Below are positions 13,927 through 22,937 of a stretch of DNA of 63,439 nucleotides, one piece after another (position 1 is the stretch's first letter; each line of letters starts with the position of its first letter). The translations under genes and the position numbers were made by a program. The notes below the pieces were generated by a model. That model had not been told where the DNA came from. It made no database searches and saw only the letters and a program-made list of their open reading frames with translations. Source of the DNA: a virus (lineage: Duplodnaviria > Caudoviricetes); the IMG/VR virus record IMGVR_UViG_3300044825_001916, positions 1 to 63,439 of that record; one strand, 5' to 3'.

Positions 13927-16503
13927 TCATGCCGCATAGGGGTTGGCCCGCCTCCTGCTAGGCTGCCAGTATTCGTCGATTTCGCGCGGGTTGGCAACCG
14001 AAACCCCCATCTTGTCCACGATCACCCGCAGCGCCTGGGTCGAGCTGTCGACGAGGTCGTCGTGGGCGATGCTCTTCTCGCCGGAGAAGCTGCAGAGCTG
14101 CTCAATGAGGGGATCGGCCCAGGATCGGGGCTGGCCGGGGCGCTTGTCGCTCTCGACGACCCAGACCATGCCGTTGGCGAAGAGGTGGCTGACCATGTGC
14201 AGGCGCTCGAGCTTGCTGGCGCGGCCGGGGTTGTAGGCCACCGCCTGGAGGCCTTCGCGGGCGAGCATCTGGCGCAGGCTGATGCCGCTGCCCTTGTCCT
14301 CGATCACGCACAGGTCGGGCTTCCGGCCCGAGGTGCCGAGCAGGGGCGCGCCGTAGATCGGGGCGATCAGGGGCTTGTCGCGGTCGCCGTACTGCACCGC
14401 CATCTCGCGCTTCGTGCGGTCGATCAGGTCGGGCATGCCGAGGCGTTCCTGCCAGCAGTCGAGCAGGAGGACGCCGTCCTGGCGGTCTTCGCGGAAGAGG
14501 CCCCAGACGCTGCACCCGGTGTAGTCGGCGTCGCCGGTCTTTGAGTTGCGCGTGGCCTCGGTGAAGGCGGTGTCGAGCGAGAGCACGATCAGGTCGAAGA
14601 CCGGCAGCGGCTTGTCGGCCGGCCAGAGCTGGATCCAGGAGCGCTTGATGATGCCCTGATCGGCCGGGTCGAGCACCTCGGCGTGGATCTCCTGCCGGCC
14701 GAGGGCGGTGCCCTCGTACTGCAGGATCTGCTCGCGGAAGGTGGGCGCCAGGTTGGCGAGGTTGGCGTAGGTCGAGGCGCGGGAGACGGTGACGTCCTTG
14801 CCTTCGCGCTTCAGCAGCCGGGTGATGATGGGCTTCGGCTTGGGCGTGGTGGAGATCACGATGCGCGGCCGATCGCCCAGGCGCATGCCAAACATGAGCA
14901 TGTCGAAGGCTTCCTCGGCCCGCTGCCAGGCCGCCAGCTCGTCGAGCCATCCGCCGTGGAACTGAGGGCCGCGGAAGCGCTCGGGGTTCTCGGCGGAGAT
15001 GCCCTTGATGAGGCTGCCGTTCTTGAGGCGCAGCTCGACGTCGGTCTTGTTGTACAGGGCGCCGCTGGAGGTGGGCTCGATCAGCTCGTGCGGGATGACG
15101 GCGAGCAGGCCGCTCTCGCCCTCGAAGCAGGTGCCGACAAGGTCGCCGTAGGTCGGTGCGGAGACGAGCCACCGGGTGCCGGGCATGGACCACGCCCACC
15201 AGCCGATGGTCTCGGCGGAGGTGCGGGTGTTGTGGGTCGGGATCATCGCCCGGCCGCAGAGGTAGAGGCGAGACGGGCTGTCGACCGTGACGCAGCGCAC
15301 GGGCACGCTGGGTACGGGCTCGACGGCGACGATGTATCGACGGCGCTGGCGGTCGGCCTGGCTGCCGTCTCCGGCCTTGATGCGGGCGAGCTTGCGGGGC
15401 AGGCGGAAGACGGGCGCGTAGGGCGTGAAGTTGACGCGGTACTTCGGACCGCAGTCGCGACCGCTTAGGGTCGCGCGGGCTTCGCGCAGCGTCGCCTTCA
15501 TGCCGAGGCCCGACACGAGGTCGAAGACGGCGTCAGCGATCGGGCGCTTGGTCGTGCAGAACTCGGCGATGCCGCGGTCGGAGACGTAGCCGTCGGTGTC
15601 CATGAGCCCCTGCAGTAGGGCAAGGCGCTGTTCGGCGGAGGCGCGCAGGTACGAGGCGGGAACGTGCTTGTTGCGCAGAACGCCCAGCTTACTCAGCCGG
15701 TGGGTAAGCGACGCCGGGTTCGGTTGGCAGCCGCTCTTGCCGGGCACCCACAACGCTTTCGCGGGGGAGATGGCGTAAGTGCGGGATGCGTTTCCGGTCT
15801 CGCGCGACTTTCCGATCGTCTCGCCGCAGCGTTTGATCTCCTCAAGCACCTCGGGGTCGGCGGTGGTGATTTCGCCGCAGGCGGAGCTGCCGTCGCCCAG
15901 CCAGGCCCCCAGGACGTAGGGGTGAATGGGCAGTTGCTGTTCTGGAAGCTCCAAGGGGAGGCAGACGCGCACCGCGTGATTGATCTCGCGCCCGTCCATG
16001 AGCGACGCGCGGATCTCGTCGGTGGTGAACGTGTTGCGATGGGAGGCGGGCTGGCACTGCGGCTTTCGCGGGTCGCCGGTGCCCGCGCAGCGGCCGGCGG
16101 CTTTGCGCGCCTTGCGCGTCTCGGTGCGCCACAGGTGCTCACCGTCGGCTATGATCTCAGATCCGTCGCTGAAGGTGACGCGGTAACACGGCCGATCGAC
16201 CATGACCGGGTGCGCCTCGATGACGCGGCAGGGGCGGCCTTGCTCGTCGAACAGGGTATCTCCGGCCTTGACCTCGCCCATGGTAGTCCAGCCGCCCAGC
16301 GTTGGCAGGGGGGTGTCGAGCGCGAGCGCCTTGCCGGCGCCGCGGCCTGCGAGGAGCAGCCAGAGCGACCACCAGTCGCCGGCGGGGACGAGCTGGTGGT
16401 CGAGGGCCTTGTCCATCCACTCGGCGTGCCAGAGGAGGCCTCGGGCGACGTCGTCGGGGAGCTTGGCGATGAGTTCGATTTCGGCGGGCGTCAGCGCGCT
16501 CAT
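13927..16503 (-). CDS. terL: terminase large subunit, intein-containing
   Basis: AGRGAGK/T Walker A, RGPQFHGGWLDE Walker B, STTPKP, SLDTAF, IEDKGSG, HDDLVDS. Confidence 0.95.
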   Translation of the reverse strand: MSALTPAEIELIAKLPDDVARGLLWHAEWMDKALDHQLVPAGDWWSLWLLLAGRGAGKALALDTPLPTLGGWTTMGEVKAGDTLFDEQGRPCRVIEAHPVMVDRPCYRVTFSDGSEIIADGEHLWRTETRKARKAAGRCAGTGDPRKPQCQPASHRNTFTTDEIRASLMDGREINHAVRVCLPLELPEQQLPIHPYVLGAWLGDGSSACGEITTADPEVLEEIKRCGETIGKSRETGNASRTYAISPAKALWVPGKSGCQPNPASLTHRLSKLGVLRNKHVPASYLRASAEQRLALLQGLMDTDGYVSDRGIAEFCTTKRPIADAVFDLVSGLGMKATLREARATLSGRDCGPKYRVNFTPYAPVFRLPRKLARIKAGDGSQADRQRRRYIVAVEPVPSVPVRCVTVDSPSRLYLCGRAMIPTHNTRTSAETIGWWAWSMPGTRWLVSAPTYGDLVGTCFEGESGLLAVIPHELIEPTSSGALYNKTDVELRLKNGSLIKGISAENPERFRGPQFHGGWLDELAAWQRAEEAFDMLMFGMRLGDRPRIVISTTPKPKPIITRLLKREGKDVTVSRASTYANLANLAPTFREQILQYEGTALGRQEIHAEVLDPADQGIIKRSWIQLWPADKPLPVFDLIVLSLDTAFTEATRNSKTGDADYTGCSVWGLFREDRQDGVLLLDCWQERLGMPDLIDRTKREMAVQYGDRDKPLIAPIYGAPLLGTSGRKPDLCVIEDKGSGISLRQMLAREGLQAVAYNPGRASKLERLHMVSHLFANGMVWVVESDKRPGQPRSWADPLIEQLCSFSGEKSIAHDDLVDSSTQALRVIVDKMGVSVANPREIDEYWQPSRRRANPYAA
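15229..16329 (-). mobile_element. class 3 (Ala1, WCT) intein with LAGLIDADG homing endonuclease, 367 aa
   Basis: Starts ALALDTP after GK; ADGEHLW; LGAWLGDG and LQGLMDTDG; VRCVTV; IPTHN/T. Confidence 0.93.
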
Positions 16504-16985
16504 GTCGGCACCTGGGCCTCAAAGAGCGAGCGGTTGATCACGTCGGTCTTGTCGACGCGCGGCCTGGACGGGGTATCCCATGATCGCCCCTTGACCTCGG
16601 CGATGAAGCGCCAGCCGGCGGCCCGAAGCGTGGCGCCGGTCTCGTCGGCCCGGATGTAGGTGCCGATGCGGCGATGGCCGAGGGCGAAGGCGGCGCGGGC
16701 GGCGGCCCCGTAGAGAAACGAGCAGGCGTTGCGCGTGCCGTCGCTGCAGAGGCGCGTGACCTCAAGGGTCAGGCCATCATCGCGAGCGCGGGAGACGGGG
16801 CGACCGACGATGCAGACGCCGACGATGCGCCCATCGGCGACGGCGCCGATTGAGAACTTGTGGCCCACCACGGGCCGGTGGTGCCTGTGGTGCCGGGAGA
16901 CGAAGTCGTTGGCCTCCTCCAGCGTCAGGGGGACGGGCGCGAGCTTCGGACCCCGGCGGCGGTCGGCTTCAGTTGGGCTGCCCAT
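16500..16985 (-). CDS. XF1762-family / Mom-like GNAT-fold protein
   Basis: EANDFV.RHHRHH.P..GHKFSIG...GRPVSR..DDG.TLEVTRLC.DGT.NACSFLY. Confidence 0.7.
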   Translation of the reverse strand: MGSPTEADRRRGPKLAPVPLTLEEANDFVSRHHRHHRPVVGHKFSIGAVADGRIVGVCIVGRPVSRARDDGLTLEVTRLCSDGTRNACSFLYGAAARAAFALGHRRIGTYIRADETGATLRAAGWRFIAEVKGRSWDTPSRPRVDKTDVINRSLFEAQVPT

Positions 16986-17000
16986 GCGGGGGCTACGCGC

Positions 17001-17609
17001 TCAGGCGTCCGGCTTGCGGTTGGCGCGGCGGCTTTCGATCGCGGCGACGAGCTTTTCGACGAGCTGGGACTGGACGGAGACCTCGAGGGGCTTCTCGCCG
17101 CCGGAGATCGTGATGTCCTGCTTCTCGGACCAGCGCAGGCGGGACTTCGTCAGCCAGATGGCGGCGGTGACGTCGCCCATGCGGGCGCGCTGGGTGAGGC
17201 CGGCGTGGACGCATTCGGCGAGGAGGTTGTCGACGGCGGGTCCGATTTCGTGGGCGTAGTGGCGGCTGAGCGTGTCGTGGCTGATGGACAGGCAGGCGGC
17301 GATGCGTTCTTGCGGGATCCCGGCGAAGGCGAGGTTGACGACCATTTCGCGGGTTTCGTCGGTCGGGATGTGCTCGATGCCTCGGCCTGCGCGCTGTCGT
17401 TGCTCGAAGACGATTTCGGTCGCGGGTCGCTTGGCGGGCTTTGCGTCGGTGTTTTTTTGGCTACGCAATTGGGTCCAGTGGGGCGTCGGCTCGGCGGGCT
17501 TGGCGGCGTTCTTGCGGGGCTTGGCGTTCTGGGCGCGCTTCGGGCGTTCGGCGTTGGTGGGCTCGGCGGGGGTCTTCGATCGGGCGGTCATGGCTCTGGG
17601 CGCTGACAT
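17001..17609 (-). CDS. terS: terminase small subunit
   Basis: HIPTDETR..V...G.PQE.IA...IS..TL..HY; GDVTAAIWLTK.R..WSE; upstream of terL; start uncertain (17591, 17609 or 17693). Confidence 0.75.
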   Translation of the reverse strand: MSAPRAMTARSKTPAEPTNAERPKRAQNAKPRKNAAKPAEPTPHWTQLRSQKNTDAKPAKRPATEIVFEQRQRAGRGIEHIPTDETREMVVNLAFAGIPQERIAACLSISHDTLSRHYAHEIGPAVDNLLAECVHAGLTQRARMGDVTAAIWLTKSRLRWSEKQDITISGGEKPLEVSVQSQLVEKLVAAIESRRANRKPDA

Positions 17610-17699
17610 CGGGCTGGGCTGGAAGGTATCGCTGGGCTGGGACGGGGCGCAAGGGGCAATCGGCGGAAGCCCGCAGAAAATAAGGGCTCCCACCGGCTC

Positions 17700-18115
17700 A
17701 ACCCCAGCTTGAACCGTAGATCGGGGCTAAGCCATTGATATTGCTGCCTCTTTTATTAATCATACAATTAAAAATATTCTCTCCTATCTTACTCTCCTCT
17801 AAGGGGGTGGGCTTATAGGTGAGTGATTGAATACCTTTCTCTCCCTGTTCCCTTGTTTACCTCTGAGCTGAAGACTTAAGAATTAACAGTTTGGTTTTTG
17901 GCGGTTTTCTGCGGGTTTCCGGCTTGAGCCATTACCCGCAACGCTTCACGGGCTTGAAGAGTTTCCGGGGTTTTCGCAACCGAATTGCTATTCTTGGGCC
18001 TCCCGGAGGGGCCGAAACTCTGCAGCCGATCGGGCTCTCGGAGGCATAGAAGATCCGAATATTTGCCGGAAAAATAGAGCATCTCGGCCCTTGATGCGCC
18101 GAGCCAATAGTCTGT
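17700..18115. other. AT-rich intergenic region between divergent arms (candidate origin or pac region)
   Basis: Sharp GC drop at about 17740-17900; no credible gene. Confidence 0.5.
17728..17740 (-). promoter_or_regulatory. IHF consensus site
   Basis: Reverse complement TATCAATGGCTTA matches WATCAANNNNTTR. Confidence 0.55.
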
Positions 18116-18616
18116 ATGCTGGTCGTCCACCTCAATTTTGCGGAGCTGAATAAAATGGCCGGACATATACAGAAGCAGGCTCGGATGGCCTCAGACGCTG
18201 CCGAGCTGAAGAGGCTGCTGTTGAGCTGCGGGTGGTCTGTGCGCCAGGTTGCGCTGCGCGTTGGGGCTTCGGAGGCTGCTGGGGCTCGCTGGGTGGCTGG
18301 CGCGGAGGCGGTTCCGCCGGAGGTTCTGGCTTGGCTGCGGGCGGTTGCGAGCGCGCTCGAGGCTGCGCCGCCCCCGCAGCTGCCGACGCTGCGGCGTCCT
18401 CGGGGCAGGCCTCGGGGCGGCAGCTATGTGCTGGAGATGCTGCGCTGGGCTGGCCGGCCGATGTCGGTGCGGGAGATGTGCGACCTTGCGCCGCAGTTCG
18501 GTCGGGAGGTTCTCAGCATGACGATGCGTCAGAACCTTGAGCGGCTGTCAGCGACGGGGCAGGCGGTGAAGCTGGAAGGAGACCTGATCACCTATTCGCT
18601 ACCCGACGCAAAATAA
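18116..18616 (+). CDS. XRE/Cro-like HTH plus winged-helix protein
   Basis: GWSVRQVALRVG..RWVAG...VPPEVLAWL; RGRP; C-terminal wHTH-like; start uncertain. Confidence 0.6.
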   Translation: MLVVHLNFAELNKMAGHIQKQARMASDAAELKRLLLSCGWSVRQVALRVGASEAAGARWVAGAEAVPPEVLAWLRAVASALEAAPPPQLPTLRRPRGRPRGGSYVLEMLRWAGRPMSVREMCDLAPQFGREVLSMTMRQNLERLSATGQAVKLEGDLITYSLPDAK

Positions 18617-18639
18617 TTTACGGATCCGCTGACTGGGGG

Positions 18640-18670
18640 TTGACAGCCCAATCGCAAAACGGCGACAAAT
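18640..18670 (+). promoter_or_regulatory. sigma70-type early promoter
   Basis: TTGACA at 18640, upstream of the rightward early operon. Confidence 0.5.
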
Positions 18671-18701
18671 CGTCTCACGGGCGCCGGCTCATCGGCCCCC
18701 G

Positions 18702-19061
18702 ATGGAGATGCGAAAGATGCTCGCTTCTGGTTCTAAGATCCGCCCCGGCAAGAGCCGCGTCGGGCCTCGTCCGGTCGAAAGCCAGGCCTCTGGTATGACG
18801 CTGCCGGACGCGGTGCGTCCCTTCCTGGAGTGGGCGCAGGAGGATCTCCTGACCTGCCGCCAGATGGCGATCCTGATGACGGTGCGCGCCAACCCGGGCG
18901 TGTCGACGGGTGCGATCGCCGAGGTTCTGGGCCTGAACAAGCCGGCGGTGACGCGGACGGCGGACAAGCTGGTCGCGCTCGGGATGCTGCGCCGCATGAA
19001 GGAGCCGAACGACCTGCGGATGGTTCGGCTGGTTCCCGTCACCTCGAAGAAGGGCCGCTGA
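18702..19061 (+). CDS. MarR-type HTH regulator
   Basis: LTCRQMAIL...IAEVLGLNKPAVTRTADKLVALGMLRR...DLRMVRL. Confidence 0.85.
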   Translation: MEMRKMLASGSKIRPGKSRVGPRPVESQASGMTLPDAVRPFLEWAQEDLLTCRQMAILMTVRANPGVSTGAIAEVLGLNKPAVTRTADKLVALGMLRRMKEPNDLRMVRLVPVTSKKGR

Positions 19062-19062
19062 G

Positions 19063-19383
19063 ATGCCTGCTGTCGGATATTTCCTCGAGGTCGCCGATCG
19101 CCGCTTTGCGTCGGTGAAGTTCCCCTACCAGATGGAGACCTGGGGCTGGTCGGCTGGCCTGTCGACAGATCCGGCTGCGGCCCAGGCGCAGGCTCTGGCG
19201 AACGAGGCGCTGGCCATGGACCGGGCCGAGAAGGCCTCGGCCATGCGCTACGACGAGCACGAGGTGGCGGCCTACCGCAGCCATCACTGGTTCGAGACCA
19301 TGATGGGCTGGCGCCGCGAGGCGGAGTTCTGGGCCTCGGTTGCTGCTGATGCGGCGGCGGTCTCGGTGCGGGAGGCGGCGTGA
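19063..19383 (+). CDS. hypothetical early protein
   Basis: Coupled ORF in early operon. Confidence 0.6.
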   Translation: MPAVGYFLEVADRRFASVKFPYQMETWGWSAGLSTDPAAAQAQALANEALAMDRAEKASAMRYDEHEVAAYRSHHWFETMMGWRREAEFWASVAADAAAVSVREAA

Positions 19384-19526
19384 TGAGCCTCCAATTCAAG
19401 CTGATCTGGTTTTTGTTCTGCGTGGTCGTCGCCGTCAGCTTCGACCCGCTCGTGGCCGTCGGGCTTCTTCTGGCGGCGGTTGGCGCGGACGAGATCGTTC
19501 GACGCTTCGGAGGCAGCAAGCCATGA
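19383..19526 (+). CDS. small membrane protein (47 aa)
   Basis: TGATG coupling; hydrophobic MSLQFKLIWFLFCVVVAV. Confidence 0.5.
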   Translation: MSLQFKLIWFLFCVVVAVSFDPLVAVGLLLAAVGADEIVRRFGGSKP

Positions 19527-19705
19527 GCGATCGGGTTATGGGCCCCGTGCGGGACGCCTTCGCATACGCCCACCCCGGCGAGGTGCAGCTCGTGCTGCAT
19601 GGCGTCGAGAGCAAGGACGACCGCGTCGCGAGGCTGACGCCGATGCAGGCGCTGCGGCTGGCCGAGACGCTGACGCGGTCGGCTCGGGAGGCGCTGACGT
19701 CATGA
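19523..19705 (+). CDS. hypothetical protein
   Basis: ATGA coupling at both ends; RBS GGAGG. Confidence 0.55.
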   Translation: MSDRVMGPVRDAFAYAHPGEVQLVLHGVESKDDRVARLTPMQALRLAETLTRSAREALTS

Positions 19706-19953
19706 CCGACATCGTGGAACGGTTGCGGGCTTACGCTGTGGAGTGGCGCGACGAAATGCAGCCAGCAATCGGCGAACCGCTGGACGAAGCCGCTGCCGAG
19801 ATCGAGCGGCTGCGGGCCGAGATCCACCGGCTGCGGGGAGTTCTTGAGGAGATTGAGACCCCGCCGATCGACGTTGTCTGTCACGGGTCGTGGGAGGCTT
19901 TTGAGTGGGCGATAGAGCGAGCTGCCGACGCGCTCAAGGCGCCGACGCCATGA
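19702..19953 (+). CDS. 'DIVERLR'-family small protein
   Basis: MTDIVERLR...EAAAEIERLR. Confidence 0.65.
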   Translation: MTDIVERLRAYAVEWRDEMQPAIGEPLDEAAAEIERLRAEIHRLRGVLEEIETPPIDVVCHGSWEAFEWAIERAADALKAPTP

Positions 19954-20153
19954 GCGAGCGCGCGCCCCGCACGGCGGACGAGTTCCTTGAGGCCCTGGTC
20001 AATGTCCGAGAGCTGTTGGCCGACCTGCGTGATGACGCTGAGCGGCTGGCCATGCCGACGGCGGTCACGATGGGCTTGATGTGGTTGCGGGACGACGCGA
20101 CGGGCGTCGCCTGCGACGTGATGATCGCGCTGAAGAAGGAGAAGGCGCCATGA
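19950..20153 (+). CDS. hypothetical protein
   Basis: ATGA coupling. Confidence 0.5.
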   Translation: MSERAPRTADEFLEALVNVRELLADLRDDAERLAMPTAVTMGLMWLRDDATGVACDVMIALKKEKAP

Positions 20154-20272
20154 ACGCGGACACGCAAGCGGTGCTGATGTGGTTCGGGGTCGGTGCCGCG
20201 CTTGGCCCGGCCGTGGTCTGGGGTGCGTCCATGGTGGGCGCGACATGGCTGGCCCTGCTGGGCTGGATCTGA
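20150..20272 (+). CDS. small membrane peptide
   Basis: ATGA coupling; hydrophobic. Confidence 0.45.
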   Translation: MNADTQAVLMWFGVGAALGPAVVWGASMVGATWLALLGWI

Positions 20273-20286
20273 GGAGGAGACGGAAC

Positions 20287-20589
20287 ATGGTCATGGTGAC
20301 GGTGGACGTCGACGAGTTCGATGTCCTGGAGGAGCTGAGCACGCCGCTGCTGGTGGAGGAGCTGCGGGGCCGCGCGAAGGTTGGCGACAAGGTCGCGAAC
20401 AGGGCCCTGGCGGGGGACGTCCTGATGGTCGAGCGGGCGATCGAGCACCTGCAAGCTGGGCGGATCCGAGAGGCCATGGAGGTGCTGACGCTGGACACTG
20501 ACACAACGTCATTTGACGTATCGGCAGCCTGGGAGGCGGCGCGGAAGGGCACGCATCCGTTCCTGAAGGTTCGGGGGAGGGCGCGATGA
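20287..20589 (+). CDS. hypothetical protein
   Basis: RBS GAGGAGGAG; VTVDVDEFD. Confidence 0.6.
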   Translation: MVMVTVDVDEFDVLEELSTPLLVEELRGRAKVGDKVANRALAGDVLMVERAIEHLQAGRIREAMEVLTLDTDTTSFDVSAAWEAARKGTHPFLKVRGRAR

Positions 20590-21140
20590 TCTCCCGCGAA
20601 ACCAAGCAAGCGATGCTTGAGATGCGCGATGCGGGCATGACGCTCGCGGCCATATCTGAGCGCTTCAAGCTCTCGGTTCAGTCTGTCGATCAGCACATTC
20701 ATCGGTTTCGCGCACGCTTGGCCGAAGAGAAGAACATGGCCGACGGGATCGGGCTTCTCAGCTGTCGTGCGCGCCAGGCCCTGAAGAACATGGGCATCAC
20801 CAGCCGCGAGCAGGCGAAGCGGGTATCGGCGCAGGAGTTCCTGGAGCAGCCCAACCTCGGTCAGGTGACGCTGAAGGAGATCGAGCGCTGGGTCGGAGAC
20901 CCGCTCCTGCGCACCAGAGACGAGTGGGATGGGGTGCCCGATTTCGCTGCGTTTGACGGCTACCACTACGTCGGCCCGTACATCGTCTGGTGGGGTCGAG
21001 CCTGGCAGGGCTGGCTGATGGAGGGCCGCAAGAACTGGCTGACGCCGAGGGAGATACGGGACAAGATTTCCGGCTCCTACCTGGGCCCCGTGCCTTCGGC
21101 GCCGCAGACCTATGCGCGCAAGGGTCGGAGGTGGACATGA
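20586..21140 (+). CDS. HTH + RNA polymerase alpha-CTD-like + WDG-domain protein
   Basis: LSCRARQALKNMGI...EFLEQPNLGQVTLKEI resembles the RpoA CTD (LTVRSANCLK...ELLKTPNLGKKSLTEI). Confidence 0.7.
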   Translation: MISRETKQAMLEMRDAGMTLAAISERFKLSVQSVDQHIHRFRARLAEEKNMADGIGLLSCRARQALKNMGITSREQAKRVSAQEFLEQPNLGQVTLKEIERWVGDPLLRTRDEWDGVPDFAAFDGYHYVGPYIVWWGRAWQGWLMEGRKNWLTPREIRDKISGSYLGPVPSAPQTYARKGRRWT

Positions 21141-21343
21141 CGCAGCTCGAGGGGCCTGCGCCGGACGTGGTTGTGGAGGAGCTGCGGCCTGGCTTGCAGC
21201 GGCTTCTGGACGCGGTGGATGCGGTGCTGGCGGTGCCGATCACTGAAGGGGCCGAGGGCCCGCGGTTGCGGCTGGCGCTGGCGCGGGAGCGCTTCCGCCA
21301 GGCGGTGGCGCCGCGTTCTGTTGCCCAGCAGGTTGCCAACTGA
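21137..21343 (+). CDS. hypothetical protein
   Basis: ATGA coupling; RBS GGAGG. Confidence 0.5.
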   Translation: MTQLEGPAPDVVVEELRPGLQRLLDAVDAVLAVPITEGAEGPRLRLALARERFRQAVAPRSVAQQVAN

Positions 21344-21389
21344 GCAACCCCCGTTTTACGATCCGCGGATACGCGGACAGGAGGATGAG

Positions 21390-21518
21390 ATGAACAACAC
21401 GCGTGGGTTCTTTCGGACTGACTTCGGCCAGCTGCTGCTGGCATTTGGTGGGATCATGCTGGCCTCGTTCATTGGCACGATCATCGCGGGCACGCTGATC
21501 CTGGCGCTGGTGCGGTGA
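21390..21518 (+). CDS. small single-pass membrane protein
   Basis: RBS GGAGGA; hydrophobic C-terminus. Confidence 0.5.
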   Translation: MNNTRGFFRTDFGQLLLAFGGIMLASFIGTIIAGTLILALVR

Positions 21519-21763
21519 TGGCTGAGATTTACCTGGACAGCATCGAGGTCTGCCGGCGCCTGTCGGCCGCCTGCAAGGCGGCGGGAAGCCAAAAGGCGTG
21601 GGCGGAGAAGCATGGGGTTTCGCCCGCATACGTTAGTGATGTGATCAACGCGCTCCGGCCGCCGGGCCAGTCGATCTTGGACGCGCTCGGGCTGGTTCGG
21701 GTGGTGCGCTACCGGGCAAAATCGGCGACGGCGCCGAAGGGGAAGAAGGAGGAAGGAGCATGA
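21515..21763 (+). CDS. Cro-like HTH protein
   Basis: SQKAWAEKHGVSPAYVSDVIN..RPPGQSILDALGL. Confidence 0.75.
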   Translation: MMAEIYLDSIEVCRRLSAACKAAGSQKAWAEKHGVSPAYVSDVINALRPPGQSILDALGLVRVVRYRAKSATAPKGKKEEGA

Positions 21764-22182
21764 GCTGGGAGCGTGTTGTGACGCCGCCTCGCTTTGCGGA
21801 TCAGGTGACGGTCTCGTGGCGTATTCCGGGTGGCCGGGCCACGCCAACGCTGGCTGTGTCGTTGGGGCGCTCGATCTGCGAGCGGCTGGGGCTGGAGAAG
21901 AACGACAAGGGCGCGCCGGTGCCGCGGGTGATCGTTGAGCGCGACCGGATGAGCGGCAAGCTGCGCGTGCAGAGGGCGGCACCGGGGATGTCGAAGCAGG
22001 AAAGCCGGCATGTCGCCTGGAAGGACAAGGCCTGCACGATCACGGTGCCGCTGACTGATGTGAAGCTGGAGGGGAAGAAGCCGGCGCAGGACGTGCCCTG
22101 GTCGTTCGAGGACGGCTGGCTGGTGGTGAAGCTGCCGCACTGGGCCTGCCCGCTCATCCAGGTCTCGGGAAAGGCCGCGTGA
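21760..22182 (+). CDS. hypothetical protein
   Basis: Coupled ORF with good RBS. Confidence 0.6.
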   Translation: MSWERVVTPPRFADQVTVSWRIPGGRATPTLAVSLGRSICERLGLEKNDKGAPVPRVIVERDRMSGKLRVQRAAPGMSKQESRHVAWKDKACTITVPLTDVKLEGKKPAQDVPWSFEDGWLVVKLPHWACPLIQVSGKAA

Positions 22183-22364
22183 GGGTGCGGGTGATGGAGC
22201 GAGATCCGGCGCGTCTGGCGGCCGTGGCTTCGGCTTGGGGCGTCAAGGTGGTGGCGGGGCAGGCGGTGGAGATCACGCAGGTGGCGATTGCAAACGCGTA
22301 CCTGCGCGAGGTCGAGGCGGAGGCGCGGATGCGCGAGAAGGGGAGGAAGAACCATGAGCGATGA
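22179..22364 (+). CDS. hypothetical protein
   Basis: GTGA coupling. Confidence 0.45.
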   Translation: MRVRVMERDPARLAAVASAWGVKVVAGQAVEITQVAIANAYLREVEAEARMREKGRKNHER

Positions 22365-22521
22365 GACGAAGGTGTGGCTGGCGATCTGCGCTGCGGTGGG
22401 GACGATCGTGCTCTGCGGTGCGGGGCTCATCCTCAATTATAACACCCACCAGGCCGCGCTGCGCCAGGCCGCGTGCGTGAACCCGGAGAGCGTCGCTTGT
22501 ATCATGGCGGTGCGCCAGTGA
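22354..22521 (+). CDS. small membrane protein
   Basis: TM segment; RBS GGAGG. Confidence 0.5.
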   Translation: MSDETKVWLAICAAVGTIVLCGAGLILNYNTHQAALRQAACVNPESVACIMAVRQ

Positions 22522-22937
22522 GCGATATCGTCGACGAGCTGCGGCTGATGCGGGACGGGGCTCAGTGGGCGTGCGGCGCGACGGCGGCGACCCTGAGCCA
22601 GGCGGCGGATGAGATCGAGTGGTTGCGGGGCGAGCGTGATCGCCTGGCGGCGGATCTCGCGAAGGCCCACAAGGACATCCTACCGTGGATCGAGCGGGCC
22701 CAGCATGCGCTCTCGGCGTCGCCGGCGAAGCCGCATGCGGCCGGCAACATCCCTGAGACGCTGCGCGTCCTGATGGGCGCGATCGAGATCAGGCGCCAGT
22801 TCATCAAGCAGGCGTATGACGACAGCCAGGAGTACTGGCAGTGCCAGCGCGAGCTGGCGAACCTGGAGCGGCGCTGGGACGAGGCCGAGGCGCTGTGGGC
22901 GAAGCACGTCTCGAGGGAGAAGGCCGGTGTCGGATGA
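22518..22937 (+). CDS. 'DIVERLR'-family protein
   Basis: SDIVDELR...AADEIEWLRGERDRL. Confidence 0.6.
   Translation: MSDIVDELRLMRDGAQWACGATAATLSQAADEIEWLRGERDRLAADLAKAHKDILPWIERAQHALSASPAKPHAAGNIPETLRVLMGAIEIRRQFIKQAYDDSQEYWQCQRELANLERRWDEAEALWAKHVSREKAGVG

Noticed and set aside
6586-14544. Very long + strand ORFs (941 aa at 6586-9411, 1141 aa at 11119-14544) and similar ones at 26755, 30631 (-), 43107 and 52539
   Set aside because: Antisense shadows of strongly codon-biased high-GC genes; no motifs or RBS.
17876-18166. Small - strand ORFs in the AT-rich region
   Set aside because: Atypical composition with no RBS or motif; more likely non-coding.
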